From sequence record SRR22947727_2319: a DNA stretch of 35,559 nucleotides. One strand, given 5' to 3'. Made by a program: the position numbers and the translations under genes. Positions 1 to 10,591 of this stretch are shown piece by piece. Below the pieces are notes generated by a model, which made no database searches, had not been told where the DNA came from, and saw only the letters and a list, made by a program, of their open reading frames with translations. The stretch's first letter is position 1, and each line of letters starts with the position of its first letter.

Positions 1-1
1 G

Positions 2-2140
2 TATTCGGTGATGTGGAGCGAGCACTGCTCGTACAAGTCCAGCAAGGTGCACCTGCGGCAATTCGGCGAGAAAGCCCCACCGTCGGACGCGCTCCTGGTG
101 GGGATCGGGGAGAACGCAGGCGTCGTCGACATCGGAGATGGCTGGGCGGTGACGTTCAAAGTCGAAAGCCACAACCACCCGTCGTATGTAGAGCCGTATC
201 AGGGCGCTGCGACCGGCGTGGGTGGCATTGTTCGCGACATCTTGTCGATGGGTGCACGTCCTCTCGCTGTTATGGATCCTCTTCGCTTCGGACCCGCCGA
301 TGCGGCGGATACGAAACGAGTCCTCCCCGGGGTCATTGCGGGCGTGGGTGGCTATGGAAACTGCCTCGGTCTGCCCAACATCGGAGGGGAAGTCGTCTTC
401 GACGAGTCCTACGCGGGAAACCCGTTGGTGAACGCCCTGTGCGTTGGCGCTATGCGACACGAAGACATTCACCTGGCGAGCGCGAAGGGTGTGGGCAATC
501 TGGTCGTGCTGTACGGCGCCCGCACCGGCGGCGATGGCATCGGGGGTGTATCGGTTCTGGCCTCGGAGACGTTCGACGATGAAGGTCCGGCCAAGCGCCC
601 CAGCGTCCAGGTGGGCGACCCGTTCATGGAGAAACTTCTGATCGAGGCCACCTTGGAAGTGCTGCATGCAGGACTGGTCGAGGGGATTCAGGACCTCGGC
701 GGTGCCGGTATCTCGTGCGCCACCAGCGAACTCGCGTCCAACGGTGACGGTGGCATGCACGTGTGGCTGGACCGAGTGCTACTGCGCGATCCGACACTGA
801 GCCCCGAAGAGATCCTGATGAGCGAATCGCAGGAGCGCATGTGTGCCATCGTCCGACCGGACAAGATCGATGACTTCTTGTCTCACTGCCGCAAGTGGGA
901 TGTCGAGGCAGTGGTGATCGGTGAGGTCAACGATTCCGGCCGGTTGACCATCGATTGGCACGGTGAGCGGATCGCGGACGCTCCGCCGCGCACGGTGGCC
1001 CACGAGGGCCCGGTGTACGAGCGACCGTTTCACCGCCCGCCGTGGCAAGATGCGTTGCAGGCAAATGAGGCCACGACCATCGATCGTCCCGGACCGAAAG
1101 AGTTTCTCAACACACTTCTAGAACTTCTCGCCTCTGCGAATCTCGCCGACAAGTCGTGGGTCACCGACCAGTACGACCGCTACGTACGGGGAAACACAGT
1201 GCTGTCCCAACCCGAAGACTCCGGGATGATTCGGGTCGACGAAGAAACCGGGAGAGGCGTAGCGATCGCGACCGACTGCAACGGACGCTTCGCGAAGCTC
1301 GATCCCTACGCGGGTGCCCAGTTGGCGCTCGCGGAGTCGTATCGGAATGTGTGCGTCACCGGAGCCGTCCCGCTCGCGGTGACCAACTGTTTGAACTTCG
1401 GGTCGCCGGAAGATCCAGAGGTCATGTGGCAATTCGCGGAAGCGGTGCGGGGTTTGGCCGACGCGTGCGCGGCCTTGGGAATCCCGGTTACCGGTGGCAA
1501 CGTCTCCTTCTACAACCAAACGGGCGACACGGCGATCCTGCCCACTCCTGTGGTCGGAGTCTTGGGGGTTATCGATGATGTCGATCGCCGAACGCCGATG
1601 TCCTGGGGACCGGACGGTGAGCTCATCTACCTGCTCGGCGACACCCGCGATGAGTTGTCCGGTAGCGAGTGGGCACACATTCGAGGACATCTCGGGGGAC
1701 ACCCACCGTTGCTCGATCTTCAGCGAGAGAAAGTGCTGGGCGAGGTTCTCGTCGCTGCATCGCGCGACGGAATGATCACTGCCGCCCACGACGTATCGGA
1801 TGGAGGTTTCGCGGTCGCTGTTGTCGAAATGGCCCTTCGCAGTCGAGTCGGTGCGCGATTGTGGCTCCCCGATGATGTCGATCCCTTCGTCCAACTGTTT
1901 GCCGAGTCCGCCGGACGGGCGGTGGTGGTGATCCCCCGTAGCGAGGAACTCCGCTTCACCGAAATGTGTGCCGCACGAGGAGTGCCTGCTTTCCGGGTGG
2001 GTGTCGTCGACTCGGGTCTGGGTGCCGATACCAGACATGCGGACGGCACCCAGGTGCTGCAGTTCGGAGAGTTCTTCACGGTGTCACTGGATCGGTTAAG
2101 GGATGCGAACTCCGCGACCCTTCCGGCGTTATTCTCCTGA
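2..2140 (+). CDS. purL: Phosphoribosylformylglycinamidine synthase subunit PurL (5'-truncated by window edge)
   Basis: Motifs [61 protein letters not shown]; frame is open to the left edge. Confidence 0.98.
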   Translation, partial: YSVMWSEHCSYKSSKVHLRQFGEKAPPSDALLVGIGENAGVVDIGDGWAVTFKVESHNHPSYVEPYQGAATGVGGIVRDILSMGARPLAVMDPLRFGPADAADTKRVLPGVIAGVGGYGNCLGLPNIGGEVVFDESYAGNPLVNALCVGAMRHEDIHLASAKGVGNLVVLYGARTGGDGIGGVSVLASETFDDEGPAKRPSVQVGDPFMEKLLIEATLEVLHAGLVEGIQDLGGAGISCATSELASNGDGGMHVWLDRVLLRDPTLSPEEILMSESQERMCAIVRPDKIDDFLSHCRKWDVEAVVIGEVNDSGRLTIDWHGERIADAPPRTVAHEGPVYERPFHRPPWQDALQANEATTIDRPGPKEFLNTLLELLASANLADKSWVTDQYDRYVRGNTVLSQPEDSGMIRVDEETGRGVAIATDCNGRFAKLDPYAGAQLALAESYRNVCVTGAVPLAVTNCLNFGSPEDPEVMWQFAEAVRGLADACAALGIPVTGGNVSFYNQTGDTAILPTPVVGVLGVIDDVDRRTPMSWGPDGELIYLLGDTRDELSGSEWAHIRGHLGGHPPLLDLQREKVLGEVLVAASRDGMITAAHDVSDGGFAVAVVEMALRSRVGARLWLPDDVDPFVQLFAESAGRAVVVIPRSEELRFTEMCAARGVPAFRVGVVDSGLGADTRHADGTQVLQFGEFFTVSLDRLRDANSATLPALFS

Positions 2141-2508
2141 TGGGGGACGACGCCTGGATCGAACGTGCCACTGTGGTGCTCGCTGCACTGGAGTCCGGTC
2201 GGGAGCCACCGAAAGACGACCAGCGTGCGGCCGTGAAAGGTGCACTTGCCGAGCTGGTGGCGAGTGCACCGGGCAAGAGTGTGGAAGTCCGCATCCCCCC
2301 GTACGCGGCGGTGCAGGTCATCGAGGGTGCAACGCATCGGCGCGGGACACCGCCGGCGGTGGTGGAGATGAATACCAAGACGTGGTTGGCCCTCGCACTG
2401 GGCAGACTCACCTGGGCCGATGCCACGAGGGACGGCAGAGTTCACGCGAGCGGAGCCCGATCCGACCTGTCCGAGCTGCTCCCCTTGGGGACTCCACGAG
2501 GAATTTGA
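2140..2508 (+). CDS. Actinobacterial sterol-carrier (SCP-like) family protein
   Basis: ATG at 2140 overlaps the purL TGA; APGKSVEVRIPPYAAVQ...HRRGTPPAVVE...WLALALG...ASGARSDLS is typical of the family found near purL/purF in actinobacteria. Confidence 0.85.
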   Translation: MGDDAWIERATVVLAALESGREPPKDDQRAAVKGALAELVASAPGKSVEVRIPPYAAVQVIEGATHRRGTPPAVVEMNTKTWLALALGRLTWADATRDGRVHASGARSDLSELLPLGTPRGI

Positions 2509-2547
2509 CTTAGTTAGGTTACCCTAAGTAAGGTTTGCCTTACCTGA
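2505..2547 (+). promoter_or_regulatory. Promoter (-35 TTGACT, -10 TAAGGT) overlapped by tandem IdeR/DtxR iron boxes
   Basis: TAAGGTTTGCCTTACCTGA (2529-2547) matches TWAGGTWAGSCTWACCTWA at 17/19; a weaker box lies at 2509-2527; both are upstream of an iron ABC transporter. Confidence 0.85.
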
Positions 2548-2585
2548 GTCGACCGATCGGGCAATCCCCACACCAAAGGACGTTC

Positions 2586-3644
2586 ATGACCCACGCGAAG
2601 CTCTTTCCGCTAATAGCCGCTGTGCCGGCTATCGCCTTCGCCCTGTCTGCCTGCGCCGGCTCCGGCAACGATCAGTCGGCCGACTCGCCTGACTCGGCTG
2701 GCTCAGTTGCCGGCGAGCCCGTGGTCGTCTACTCCGGGCGCAGTGAAGAACTGATCGAGCCGTTGTTCGAGAAGTTCACGGAAGAAACCGGTGTACCCGT
2801 CGAGGTCAGGTACGGCGACACGGCAGAGATGGCGGCCCAGATCATCGAAGAAGGTGACGCAACACCCGCTGACGTTTATTACGGACAGGATGCCGGTGCC
2901 CTCGGAGCCCTCGACGGTGCCGGCATGTGCGCGCCACTGGCGGACTCGATTGCGAACTTGGTTCCGGCGACGTACCGGTCAGCCGACGGGACATGGACCG
3001 GAGTAACCGGCAGAGCCCGAGTGATTGCGTACGACTCGGCCCAAATATCTGCAGATCAGGTTCCGACGTCTGTTTTCGACCTGACTGATGAGCAATGGCG
3101 CGGACAAGTGGCGATCGCTCCGACGAATGGATCATTTCAAGCTTTCGTCACCGCCATGCGAGTCGCAGCCGGGGAAGACGCGACGCGCGAGTGGCTGCAG
3201 GATCTTGTCGACAACGACGTTCAGTTGTACGAGAAGAACGGCCTTATCCGCGACGCTGTCGACGCAGGGGAAGTTCAACTGGGTCTGATCAATCATTACT
3301 ACTGGTACAAGAAAGCGGCTGAAGTTGGCGAAAACGCGATGAACGTGCAACTCGCATTCGCCGAGCCGGGTGATCCTGGAGCCTTGGTCAACTTGTCGGG
3401 AGCGTGCATCGTGCGACCCACCGACAACGCCGACGGTGCTCGCGCATTAATGGAGTGGCTGTTATCCGAATCGGCTCAGCGGTGGTTCGTTGAGACGACG
3501 TTCGAGTACCCGCTGGTCGCCGGTGTCGAAGGCCCCGACGGCGTGCCTCCCCTTTCGCAGGTGAAGGGGCCCGATATTCCCCTGGCCGAATTGGAAGACC
3601 TCCCCGGCACATTGCTCATGCTGCAGGATGTCGGTCTGACGTAG
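2586..3644 (+). CDS. Fe3+ ABC transporter substrate-binding lipoprotein (FbpA/FutA/AfuA-like)
   Basis: RBS AAAGGA before ATG 2586; lipobox LSAC; VVYSGR, TGRARVIAY, GLINHYYW (tandem Tyr iron ligands), FEYP. Confidence 0.92.
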   Translation: MTHAKLFPLIAAVPAIAFALSACAGSGNDQSADSPDSAGSVAGEPVVVYSGRSEELIEPLFEKFTEETGVPVEVRYGDTAEMAAQIIEEGDATPADVYYGQDAGALGALDGAGMCAPLADSIANLVPATYRSADGTWTGVTGRARVIAYDSAQISADQVPTSVFDLTDEQWRGQVAIAPTNGSFQAFVTAMRVAAGEDATREWLQDLVDNDVQLYEKNGLIRDAVDAGEVQLGLINHYYWYKKAAEVGENAMNVQLAFAEPGDPGALVNLSGACIVRPTDNADGARALMEWLLSESAQRWFVETTFEYPLVAGVEGPDGVPPLSQVKGPDIPLAELEDLPGTLLMLQDVGLT

Positions 3645-3647
3645 GAG

Positions 3648-5270
3648 TTGATCGTGTATCGCCGAAGGGTGAATTCCATGCGACCGCCGCTGCTTTTGAT
3701 TGCAGCGGCGGTTGTTAGCGTCGCCGTCGCGGCTATCCCGCTGCTGTACCTACTGGTGCGCACGTCGTCGGCTGGTTGGAACGCAGTGGTCGAAGCGCTG
3801 TTTCGAGACAGAACTCTCGAAACAACCATCACGAGTGTTGCTCTCGTGACGTTGGTGATCGTCGGCTGCTTGGTGATCGCCGTCCCTACAGCGTGGTTGT
3901 TGGCAAGGACGAACATCCCCGGGCGCGCCTTCTTCCTGGTGATTGCGGCGCTTCCCCTGGCTGTTCCCTCGTACGTGATGGCCTACGCGTGGATCGCCGA
4001 GTTCCCGAGCATGTCGGGAATCGGGGCAGCCGCACTGGTGATGGTGCTCGCGACCTACCCCTACGTCGCCATCCCACTAACAGCCGCCCTTCGTTCCATC
4101 GACGCCGGACACGAAGAGGCCGCTCAATCCCTCGGATTGGGACCCCTGGCCGTCGCCCGTCGTGTCTCCCTTCCCCTTGCCTGGCCGGCCGCAGCCGCGG
4201 GTGTGCTGCTTGCAGCGCTATACACGTTGAGCGAATTCGGCACGGTGGCGATCTTCCGAGTCGATGCCTTCACCCGAGTGATCTACACCGCCTACCGCGC
4301 ATCGTTCGATCGCACGACAGCGGCGGTGCTGTCCCTGGTCCTCGTTTGCCTGGCCTTGTTGCTCGTCGTGATCGAAGCGCGCATTCGAGGAAAGTCACAG
4401 CGTTGGCGTACCGGATCAGGCGTGTCGCGACCCGCACCTCGGCAACAACTCCGCACCCGCAACACGGTGCTCGGTGTCGCATGGCTGGTGGGGGTAGCGG
4501 TCTTATCGCTGGGTGTACCCGCATGGTCGTTGACGCGACTGCTTCTGGAAAGCCAAAGATCCGAACTTGATATCGGAGAGCTTGTCGGCGCTGTTGTCGG
4601 TTCGGTGTCCTCGTCGATCCTCGGAGCTGCACTTGCCCTGCTGCTCGCCCTGCCTATCGCCGCGCTCGCTGCTCGCTACCGCTCCCGCATCGTCAGGAGT
4701 ATTGAGGGTGCCGCGTTTCTCGGCCATGCCCTCCCGGGAGTCGTGGTAGGTCTGTCGCTGGTCTTTCTCACCCTAGCTGTGCTACCGGCGGCTTATCAGA
4801 CTCTTGCGGTGCTCGCCTTCGCCTACGCCGTGCTCTTTCTCCCGAAGGCCATCGGATCGAGCAGATCGGCGATCGCCCACGTGCCACCGGGTTTGGAATC
4901 AACCGCGCGAAGCCTCGGCCGGGGACCTCTTCGTGCCTGGTGCACGGTGACGGGTCGTCTCGCATGGCCTGGAATCGCGGCCGGAACACTCCTCGTCGTT
5001 CTGACAGCGATGAAGGAATTGCCGGCCACCTTGATGCTGCGGCCCACCGGCTTCAGCACCCTGGCCACCGAACTGTGGTCGCGGACGGAAATCGAGGCCT
5101 TTGGCTCGGCCGCTCCCTATGCATTGACCATGATCATCCTTGCGTCGGTGCCTGCGTGGCTCATGGGTCGGTGGCTGGCGCGATCACCCGAAACAGCAAC
5201 GGGCATCGATCGCGTGGATGACGAGATGGTTCGCACCGACGAGGTGGCCTACGTTGGTGGTGTCCGATGA
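3648..5270 (+). CDS. Fe3+ ABC transporter permease (FbpB-like, two TM modules); exact start uncertain
   Basis: Two EAA loops (EEAAQSLG, ESTARSLG), LPLAVPSYV, MKELPATLMLRP. Confidence 0.92.
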   Translation: MIVYRRRVNSMRPPLLLIAAAVVSVAVAAIPLLYLLVRTSSAGWNAVVEALFRDRTLETTITSVALVTLVIVGCLVIAVPTAWLLARTNIPGRAFFLVIAALPLAVPSYVMAYAWIAEFPSMSGIGAAALVMVLATYPYVAIPLTAALRSIDAGHEEAAQSLGLGPLAVARRVSLPLAWPAAAAGVLLAALYTLSEFGTVAIFRVDAFTRVIYTAYRASFDRTTAAVLSLVLVCLALLLVVIEARIRGKSQRWRTGSGVSRPAPRQQLRTRNTVLGVAWLVGVAVLSLGVPAWSLTRLLLESQRSELDIGELVGAVVGSVSSSILGAALALLLALPIAALAARYRSRIVRSIEGAAFLGHALPGVVVGLSLVFLTLAVLPAAYQTLAVLAFAYAVLFLPKAIGSSRSAIAHVPPGLESTARSLGRGPLRAWCTVTGRLAWPGIAAGTLLVVLTAMKELPATLMLRPTGFSTLATELWSRTEIEAFGSAAPYALTMIILASVPAWLMGRWLARSPETATGIDRVDDEMVRTDEVAYVGGVR

Positions 5271-6343
5271 CAACGTCGCCTGCAGTGCCCCAACTGTCTC
5301 TTCAGAACATCTTTGTCGGATACGGCGGACCCATGGTCGTGCGGGATGTCACGATGGAGGTCGAGCAGCGAGAGTTCGTCACCATTCTGGGTCCGAGCGG
5401 CTCCGGGAAGACGACGCTGTTGCGCGCTATCGCGGGGTACCTCCGCCCGGCAACGGGCATCGTCACGATCGCAGGAACCATCGCGTCAAACGAGCGAACG
5501 TGGCTTCCGCCCGAGCGACGTCAGATCGGCATCGTTCCGCAGGAAGGCGCGCTCTTCCCGCATCTCGACGTCGCAGGGAACATCGCCTTCGGTCTGCGCG
5601 ATAAGAAGAAGGCGCGGGCGCGGGTCGCCGAAATGCTCGAGATGGTGGACTTGTCGGGACTGGAAAAGGCCCGACCGCACGAGCTATCGGGCGGTCAACA
5701 ACAGCGGGTCGCTCTCGCTCGAGCGCTTGCTCCCGCGCCATCTCTGGTGTTGCTCGATGAGCCTTTCTCCTCCCTTGATGCCTCGCTGCGGTTTGATGTG
5801 CGCACCCAGGTGCGCAGACTCCTCGCGGACATCGGCACAACGGCGGTTCTCGTGACCCATGACCAGGAAGAAGCCCTATCGATGGCCGACCGGGTGGCGG
5901 TGATGTCGGCGGGGCGGATCGAGCAGGTGGGTGCGCCGTGGACTGTCTACGACGACCCCACGACGCTCAACGTTGCCCGTTTCATCGGCGATCTGGTCGA
6001 ACTGCCGGTGACTGAGATGCAAGGGGCAAGCGCACACACAGCCGTGGGCTGGGTGCCGATTCGTGATCACAGCGAATCAGAATCGAGTAGCGGTCGAGTT
6101 GTGTTGCGCCCCGAGCAACTTGTTCTGGTCGCCGAGCGAGGTGTTGGTCCGGACCCGCAAGGTGTCCCGGGAACCGTGGAATCCATTCGCTATCACGGGC
6201 ACGATTCGCTGACGTCCATCCGGTTGAACGACGGACCCTTGGTGGATGTGCGCTCAGCCGGAGGTGCCGGGGTCGCTGTGGGTGATCTGGTGCGGGTGGT
6301 CGTGACCGGAACAGCACGAATGTTCGCTGACCCCGTAGTCTGA
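5267..6343 (+). CDS. Fe3+ ABC transporter ATP-binding protein (FbpC-like, C-terminal TOBE)
   Basis: Walker A GPSGSGKT, LSGGQQQRVALARAL, Walker B LLDEPF, VTHD; ATGA overlap with the permease. Confidence 0.93.
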   Translation: MTTSPAVPQLSLQNIFVGYGGPMVVRDVTMEVEQREFVTILGPSGSGKTTLLRAIAGYLRPATGIVTIAGTIASNERTWLPPERRQIGIVPQEGALFPHLDVAGNIAFGLRDKKKARARVAEMLEMVDLSGLEKARPHELSGGQQQRVALARALAPAPSLVLLDEPFSSLDASLRFDVRTQVRRLLADIGTTAVLVTHDQEEALSMADRVAVMSAGRIEQVGAPWTVYDDPTTLNVARFIGDLVELPVTEMQGASAHTAVGWVPIRDHSESESSSGRVVLRPEQLVLVAERGVGPDPQGVPGTVESIRYHGHDSLTSIRLNDGPLVDVRSAGGAGVAVGDLVRVVVTGTARMFADPVV

Positions 6344-6347
6344 GCAC

Positions 6348-7874
6348 GTGCCGCGCGGAGATGGGCAACTGACCCACGAGCTCCTCCCCGGCGAGAAGGG
6401 TCCGCAGGATGCCTGCGGGGTTTTCGGAGTGTGGGCTCCGGGTGAAGAAGTTGCCAAACTCACGTTCTTCGGCCTGTATGCGCTGCAGCATCGCGGGCAG
6501 GAATCCGCAGGAATCGCCGTCAGCGACGGATCGCACATCGTCGTCTACAAGGACATGGGTTTGGTGTCACAGGTCTTCACCGAAGCGAGTCTGGAATCGT
6601 TGCAGGGACACGTTGCCATCGGCCACACGCGCTACTCGACTACGGGTTCGAGCGTGTGGGAGAACGCCCAGCCGACGTTCCGCCCGACAGCGACGGGAAA
6701 CCTGGCCCTCGGGCACAACGGAAACCTCACCAACACGGCAGACCTGTCCGAGCGGCTGGCAGAATTGGCCAGCACATCGGGTGAATTGCCCATCAACGCC
6801 GGTCTGTATGCGACCACCGACACGGAAGTGATTTCAAGCCTTCTCGCGGCTCACCCCGATCTGCCACTCGAACAGGCGGCACTTGAGGAGCTCCCGAAAC
6901 TTCTCGGTGCGTTCTCGCTGGTCTTCATGGACGACGACGCGCTGTACGCCGCTCGTGATGCGCAAGGAATACGTCCTCTTGTCCTAGGGCGACTCGAGCG
7001 TGGATGGGTCATCGCCAGTGAGACCGCAGCCCTCGACATCGTGGGTGCGTCCGTTGTTCGTGAAGTCGAACCGGGCGAGCTGGTCGTCATCGACTCCAAC
7101 GGCCTGCGATCCCATCACTTCGCCACGGCCGACCCCAAGGGATGTCTCTTCGAGTACGTATATCTGGCGAGACCGGACACGACTATCGCAGGACGCGGCG
7201 TGCAGGCAACCAGAGTCGAAATCGGGCGACAACTCGCGCGCGAGTACCCGGTCGAAGCCGACCTCGTAATTCCGGTGCCGGAATCCGGAAGGTATGCAGC
7301 GATCGGATACGCCCAAGAATCGGGAGTTCCCTTTGCCGAAGGGCTTGTCAAGAACTCCTACGTAGGCCGGACATTTATCCAACCCAGCCAAACGATCCGG
7401 CAGCTAGGTATTCGTCTGAAGCTGAATCCACTCAAGGATGTCATCGAGGGCCAGCGCCTCGTGGTGGTCGATGACTCCATCGTGCGCGGCAACACCCAAC
7501 GCGCCCTAGTGCGCATGCTCCGTGAGGCAGGTGCCCGTGAGGTGCATGTTCGAATCTCGAGCCCCCCGGTGGCGTGGCCCTGCTTCTACGGCATCGACTT
7601 CGCCAGTCGCGCGGAGTTGATCGCGAGCGGCCTCTCGGTGGAAGAGATCTGCGCCTCCATTAGCGCCGACTCACTAGCTTTCGTCACCTTGGATGCGCTG
7701 GTGGGGGCAACCAAGCAGAAGAAGGAACATCTGTGCAGAGCCTGTTTCGATGGCGTTTATCCCGTCGAGCTGCCGGCGGAAGATCGCATCGGTAAGTCGG
7801 TTCTGGAAGGGATCGCCCGCCGGGTCCAGAACTCGGCTGGCGGTGGCGCTAACGATGCGCTGAAGCGAGTCTGA
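6348..7874 (+). CDS. purF: Amidophosphoribosyltransferase
   Basis: Propeptide then CGVFG nucleophile; LQHRGQESAG, GHTRYST, HNGNL, VDDSIVRGNT; Fe-S cysteines in CLFE, PCFYG, CRAC. Confidence 0.98.
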   Translation: MPRGDGQLTHELLPGEKGPQDACGVFGVWAPGEEVAKLTFFGLYALQHRGQESAGIAVSDGSHIVVYKDMGLVSQVFTEASLESLQGHVAIGHTRYSTTGSSVWENAQPTFRPTATGNLALGHNGNLTNTADLSERLAELASTSGELPINAGLYATTDTEVISSLLAAHPDLPLEQAALEELPKLLGAFSLVFMDDDALYAARDAQGIRPLVLGRLERGWVIASETAALDIVGASVVREVEPGELVVIDSNGLRSHHFATADPKGCLFEYVYLARPDTTIAGRGVQATRVEIGRQLAREYPVEADLVIPVPESGRYAAIGYAQESGVPFAEGLVKNSYVGRTFIQPSQTIRQLGIRLKLNPLKDVIEGQRLVVVDDSIVRGNTQRALVRMLREAGAREVHVRISSPPVAWPCFYGIDFASRAELIASGLSVEEICASISADSLAFVTLDALVGATKQKKEHLCRACFDGVYPVELPAEDRIGKSVLEGIARRVQNSAGGGANDALKRV

Positions 7875-8975
7875 ATGCCCGGTATCAACTACTCCGATGC
7901 CGGCGTTGACGTCGACGCTGGAGAGCGTGCGGTCGAATTGATGCGAGCCTCAGTCGCCCGAACGCTGCGGCGTGAGGTTGTCGGTGGACTCGGCGGCTTC
8001 GCCGGACTGTTCGATATCTCCCGATACACCAGCATGCAGCAGCCGCTGTTAGCGACCAGCACCGACGGTGTTGGAACCAAGATCGCTGTCGCCCGGGCTA
8101 TGGGCATCCACAACACGGTCGGGATTGACCTGGTCGCGATGGTGGTGGACGACCTCGTCGTCTGTGGAGCCGAGCCCTTGTTCCTCACCGACTACATCGC
8201 CACCGGATCGGTCGATCCGGTGCGGATGGCATCGATTGTCGAGGGTATTTCCGCCGGATGCGAGCAGGCCGGTTGTGCTCTGGTCGGGGGTGAGACCGCA
8301 GAGCACCCGGGGCTCATGGAACCGGACGAGTACGACCTCGCGGCGGCTGGAACCGGCATCGTGGATGCACCCAATGCTTTAGGTCCTGAGCGTGTTGTCA
8401 CCGGGGATGTGCTGGTTGCGATGCGTTCCAGTGGACTCCACTCGAATGGTTACTCGCTCGCCCGCCAGGTGCTGGTGCCCGATGCGTCGGCGTTGGAGGA
8501 AGTCGTCCCGGAACTGAAGCGTTCGGTAGGTGAAGAGTTGCTTGAGCCGACGCGGATCTACGCCCGTGACTGCTTGGCGCTGATTGAGTCGGCGGATGTT
8601 CACGCCTTCTCTCACATCACTGGTGGTGGTATCGCTGCGAATGTCGCCCGAGTGCTGCCCGACAATCTGGCCGCGGACCTGGACAGGAGTACCTGGACTC
8701 CGCACGCGATCTTCTCGCTATTGGCGAGCTGTGGTGAGATCGATTCGCGTGAGATGGAACGAACTTTCAACATGGGTCTGGGAATGATCGCGGTGGTAGG
8801 GCAAGCGTCCGTCGAACGAGCACTCGCCACTCTCACGGAGCGTGGCGTGGACGCGTGGGTCTGCGGTTCTGTTCGGGATCGCGCCACGGATGACGTTGGT
8901 GATGCCTCGGCCAAAGGTGGCGCGGGTGGCGCAGTGAGACTGGTCGCCACTTACGCGAAAGACAGCAGCGGCTAG
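7875..8975 (+). CDS. purM: Phosphoribosylformylglycinamidine cyclo-ligase (AIR synthetase)
   Basis: YSDAGVD, GGFAGLF, TDGVGTK, GGETAEHPG, SSGLHSNGYS, HITGGG, TFNMG. Confidence 0.98.
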   Translation: MPGINYSDAGVDVDAGERAVELMRASVARTLRREVVGGLGGFAGLFDISRYTSMQQPLLATSTDGVGTKIAVARAMGIHNTVGIDLVAMVVDDLVVCGAEPLFLTDYIATGSVDPVRMASIVEGISAGCEQAGCALVGGETAEHPGLMEPDEYDLAAAGTGIVDAPNALGPERVVTGDVLVAMRSSGLHSNGYSLARQVLVPDASALEEVVPELKRSVGEELLEPTRIYARDCLALIESADVHAFSHITGGGIAANVARVLPDNLAADLDRSTWTPHAIFSLLASCGEIDSREMERTFNMGLGMIAVVGQASVERALATLTERGVDAWVCGSVRDRATDDVGDASAKGGAGGAVRLVATYAKDSSG

Positions 8976-9190
8976 TTCTGCTCGTCTTCGTAGCCGTAGG
9001 CATCTGGAGCGTATGGATCGTCCGCGTATGGATCGGTCTCGTCAACGTCGCTGTCATCCCCATCGACGCCGGTGGAGTCGGACTCACCGGTGAGTTCCGC
9101 CTCGAGTTGCTGGAGATCGGTCTGCGGACCGCCGTACTTCAGCGCACGAGCGACTTTCGTTTGCTTAGCCTTAGCTCGGCCGCGCCCCAT
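8972..9190 (-). CDS. DUF3073 family protein
   Basis: MGRGRAKAKQTKVARALKY N-terminus and acidic tail; usual position convergent with purM. Confidence 0.92.
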   Translation of the reverse strand: MGRGRAKAKQTKVARALKYGGPQTDLQQLEAELTGESDSTGVDGDDSDVDETDPYADDPYAPDAYGYEDEQN

Positions 9191-9285
9191 GGCTCGACCC
9201 CCTCATCCAGATTCCGGGTTATCACGTGGACGGTACTCGCTGGGCCGATCGGGCCGCGATCCCGGGACCACAGCGAGCCTCTAGG

Positions 9286-10410
9286 TTACCCCGTCCCGGG
9301 TGTGGCGCCCGTCAGCGGCCCCTCCGGTAGGGATGCCGCGATCCGCGCCTGCGCCTCCAGTTCGGCGGCTCGGACAGGGGTGATGCCCTCCCCACGGGCC
9401 CGTTCCAGGACGCTGCGGGTGGTGTCGAACACCCGCTCCACGGTGGCTCGTGCTCGATCGAGATCGGCTCCCGTGAGCTCCTCGGCAACCTGGATGACCC
9501 CTCCACAGTTCACGCAGAAGTCAGGTGCGTAGACGATCCCCGCGTGGTCGAGGAGGTCCCCGACCCGGTCCGTGGCCAATTGGTTGTTGGCCCCCCCGCA
9601 CACCAGGCGAACCTCCGCTGAGGCCAAGTCGTCCACGAGAGACTCGCTAATCGCCCCCCCGAGAGCATTCGGGGACAGAACCTGTGGTCGGTAGGCCAGA
9701 AGTTCCGGAAGCGAATCGACCCAGGTGATCGAGTTCGGGTACTCGGCATCGAGCGACGAACGGGCCGCGGCGGACGGATCCATGGCTATCACTCGAGCAC
9801 TGTCACGGATCAGGTGGCCGATGAGACGGCCGCCGACCTTTCCGGCACCGATCACACCAACCGTCACGCCGGAAAGATCCGCCGTGCCCAGAGCAGCCTC
9901 CGCCCCCGCCCGCATGCCCAGGTGAACACCGACGGACGTGAGAATCCCTGAATCGCCGACGCCACCGTTCTCGGGGGAGCGGCCAGTGGTCCATCGACAC
10001 GTCTCGGAGATGACATCCATGTCCTGAACGCACATCCCGACGTCGCCTGCGGTGACGTATCGACCACCCAGAGACGTGACGAGTTCACCGAAGGCGTGCA
10101 GCAGTTCCGGTGGCTTGTTCGATGGGTCGTGCACGATGACGGCTTTGCCTCCACCGTGTGGAAGTCCCGCGAGTGCGTTCTTGTAGGTCATCGCTCGTGA
10201 CAAACGCAGTGCGTCGGCGTAGGCGGCGGCGTGTGCGCCAGACGATGTATCGGCGTAGGTCGACATCCGAACGCCACCGAGGGCCGGCCCTAGGACAGTT
10301 GAGTGGATAGCGACGACCGCTTGCAGGCCGGTGGACTCGTCCTGAGCGACGACCACGCTCTCGTGGCCGTCGAAACCCGCCCAAGGGTTGGGGCCGGTGG
10401 GATCTGTCAC
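9286..10410 (-). CDS. Glu/Leu/Phe/Val dehydrogenase (valine dehydrogenase-like)
   Basis: HSTVLGPALGGVRM, LSRAMTYKNA, GGGKAVI, DVG, GAGKVG, GGANNQL, PDFCVNCGG; same position as Streptomyces vdh. Confidence 0.93.
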   Translation of the reverse strand: MTDPTGPNPWAGFDGHESVVVAQDESTGLQAVVAIHSTVLGPALGGVRMSTYADTSSGAHAAAYADALRLSRAMTYKNALAGLPHGGGKAVIVHDPSNKPPELLHAFGELVTSLGGRYVTAGDVGMCVQDMDVISETCRWTTGRSPENGGVGDSGILTSVGVHLGMRAGAEAALGTADLSGVTVGVIGAGKVGGRLIGHLIRDSARVIAMDPSAAARSSLDAEYPNSITWVDSLPELLAYRPQVLSPNALGGAISESLVDDLASAEVRLVCGGANNQLATDRVGDLLDHAGIVYAPDFCVNCGGVIQVAEELTGADLDRARATVERVFDTTRSVLERARGEGITPVRAAELEAQARIAASLPEGPLTGATPGTG

Positions 10411-10591
10411 GGGGTCACTGTAGGGCAGGACATGGCGCGGACTTTCTCCGTTATTTAGGAGGCAAAGTGGCTATCAGTATTCATTGGCAGCGAATTTTGC
10501 TTGCCTCCACGCGCATACGGTGGAAAGGTACGTTTCGGCGCAAATTGCTCGGCCTGCAATCCGTAGTAGCGAGGCAACGTTGGGAGAGTCG

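Noticed and set aside
1118-2445. Long minus-strand ORFs (306 and 241 aa) opposite purL
   Set aside because: Antisense shadows typical of high-GC coding DNA; no recognisable motifs.
9009-9035. GCGTATGGATCG repeated at 15-bp period
   Set aside because: Encodes DPYA repeats in the low-complexity DUF3073 tail.
9236-9277. CTCGCTG/CAGCGAG stem between the vdh-like gene and DUF3073 as a terminator or ncRNA
   Set aside because: Short stem, large irregular loop and no U-tract; support is insufficient.
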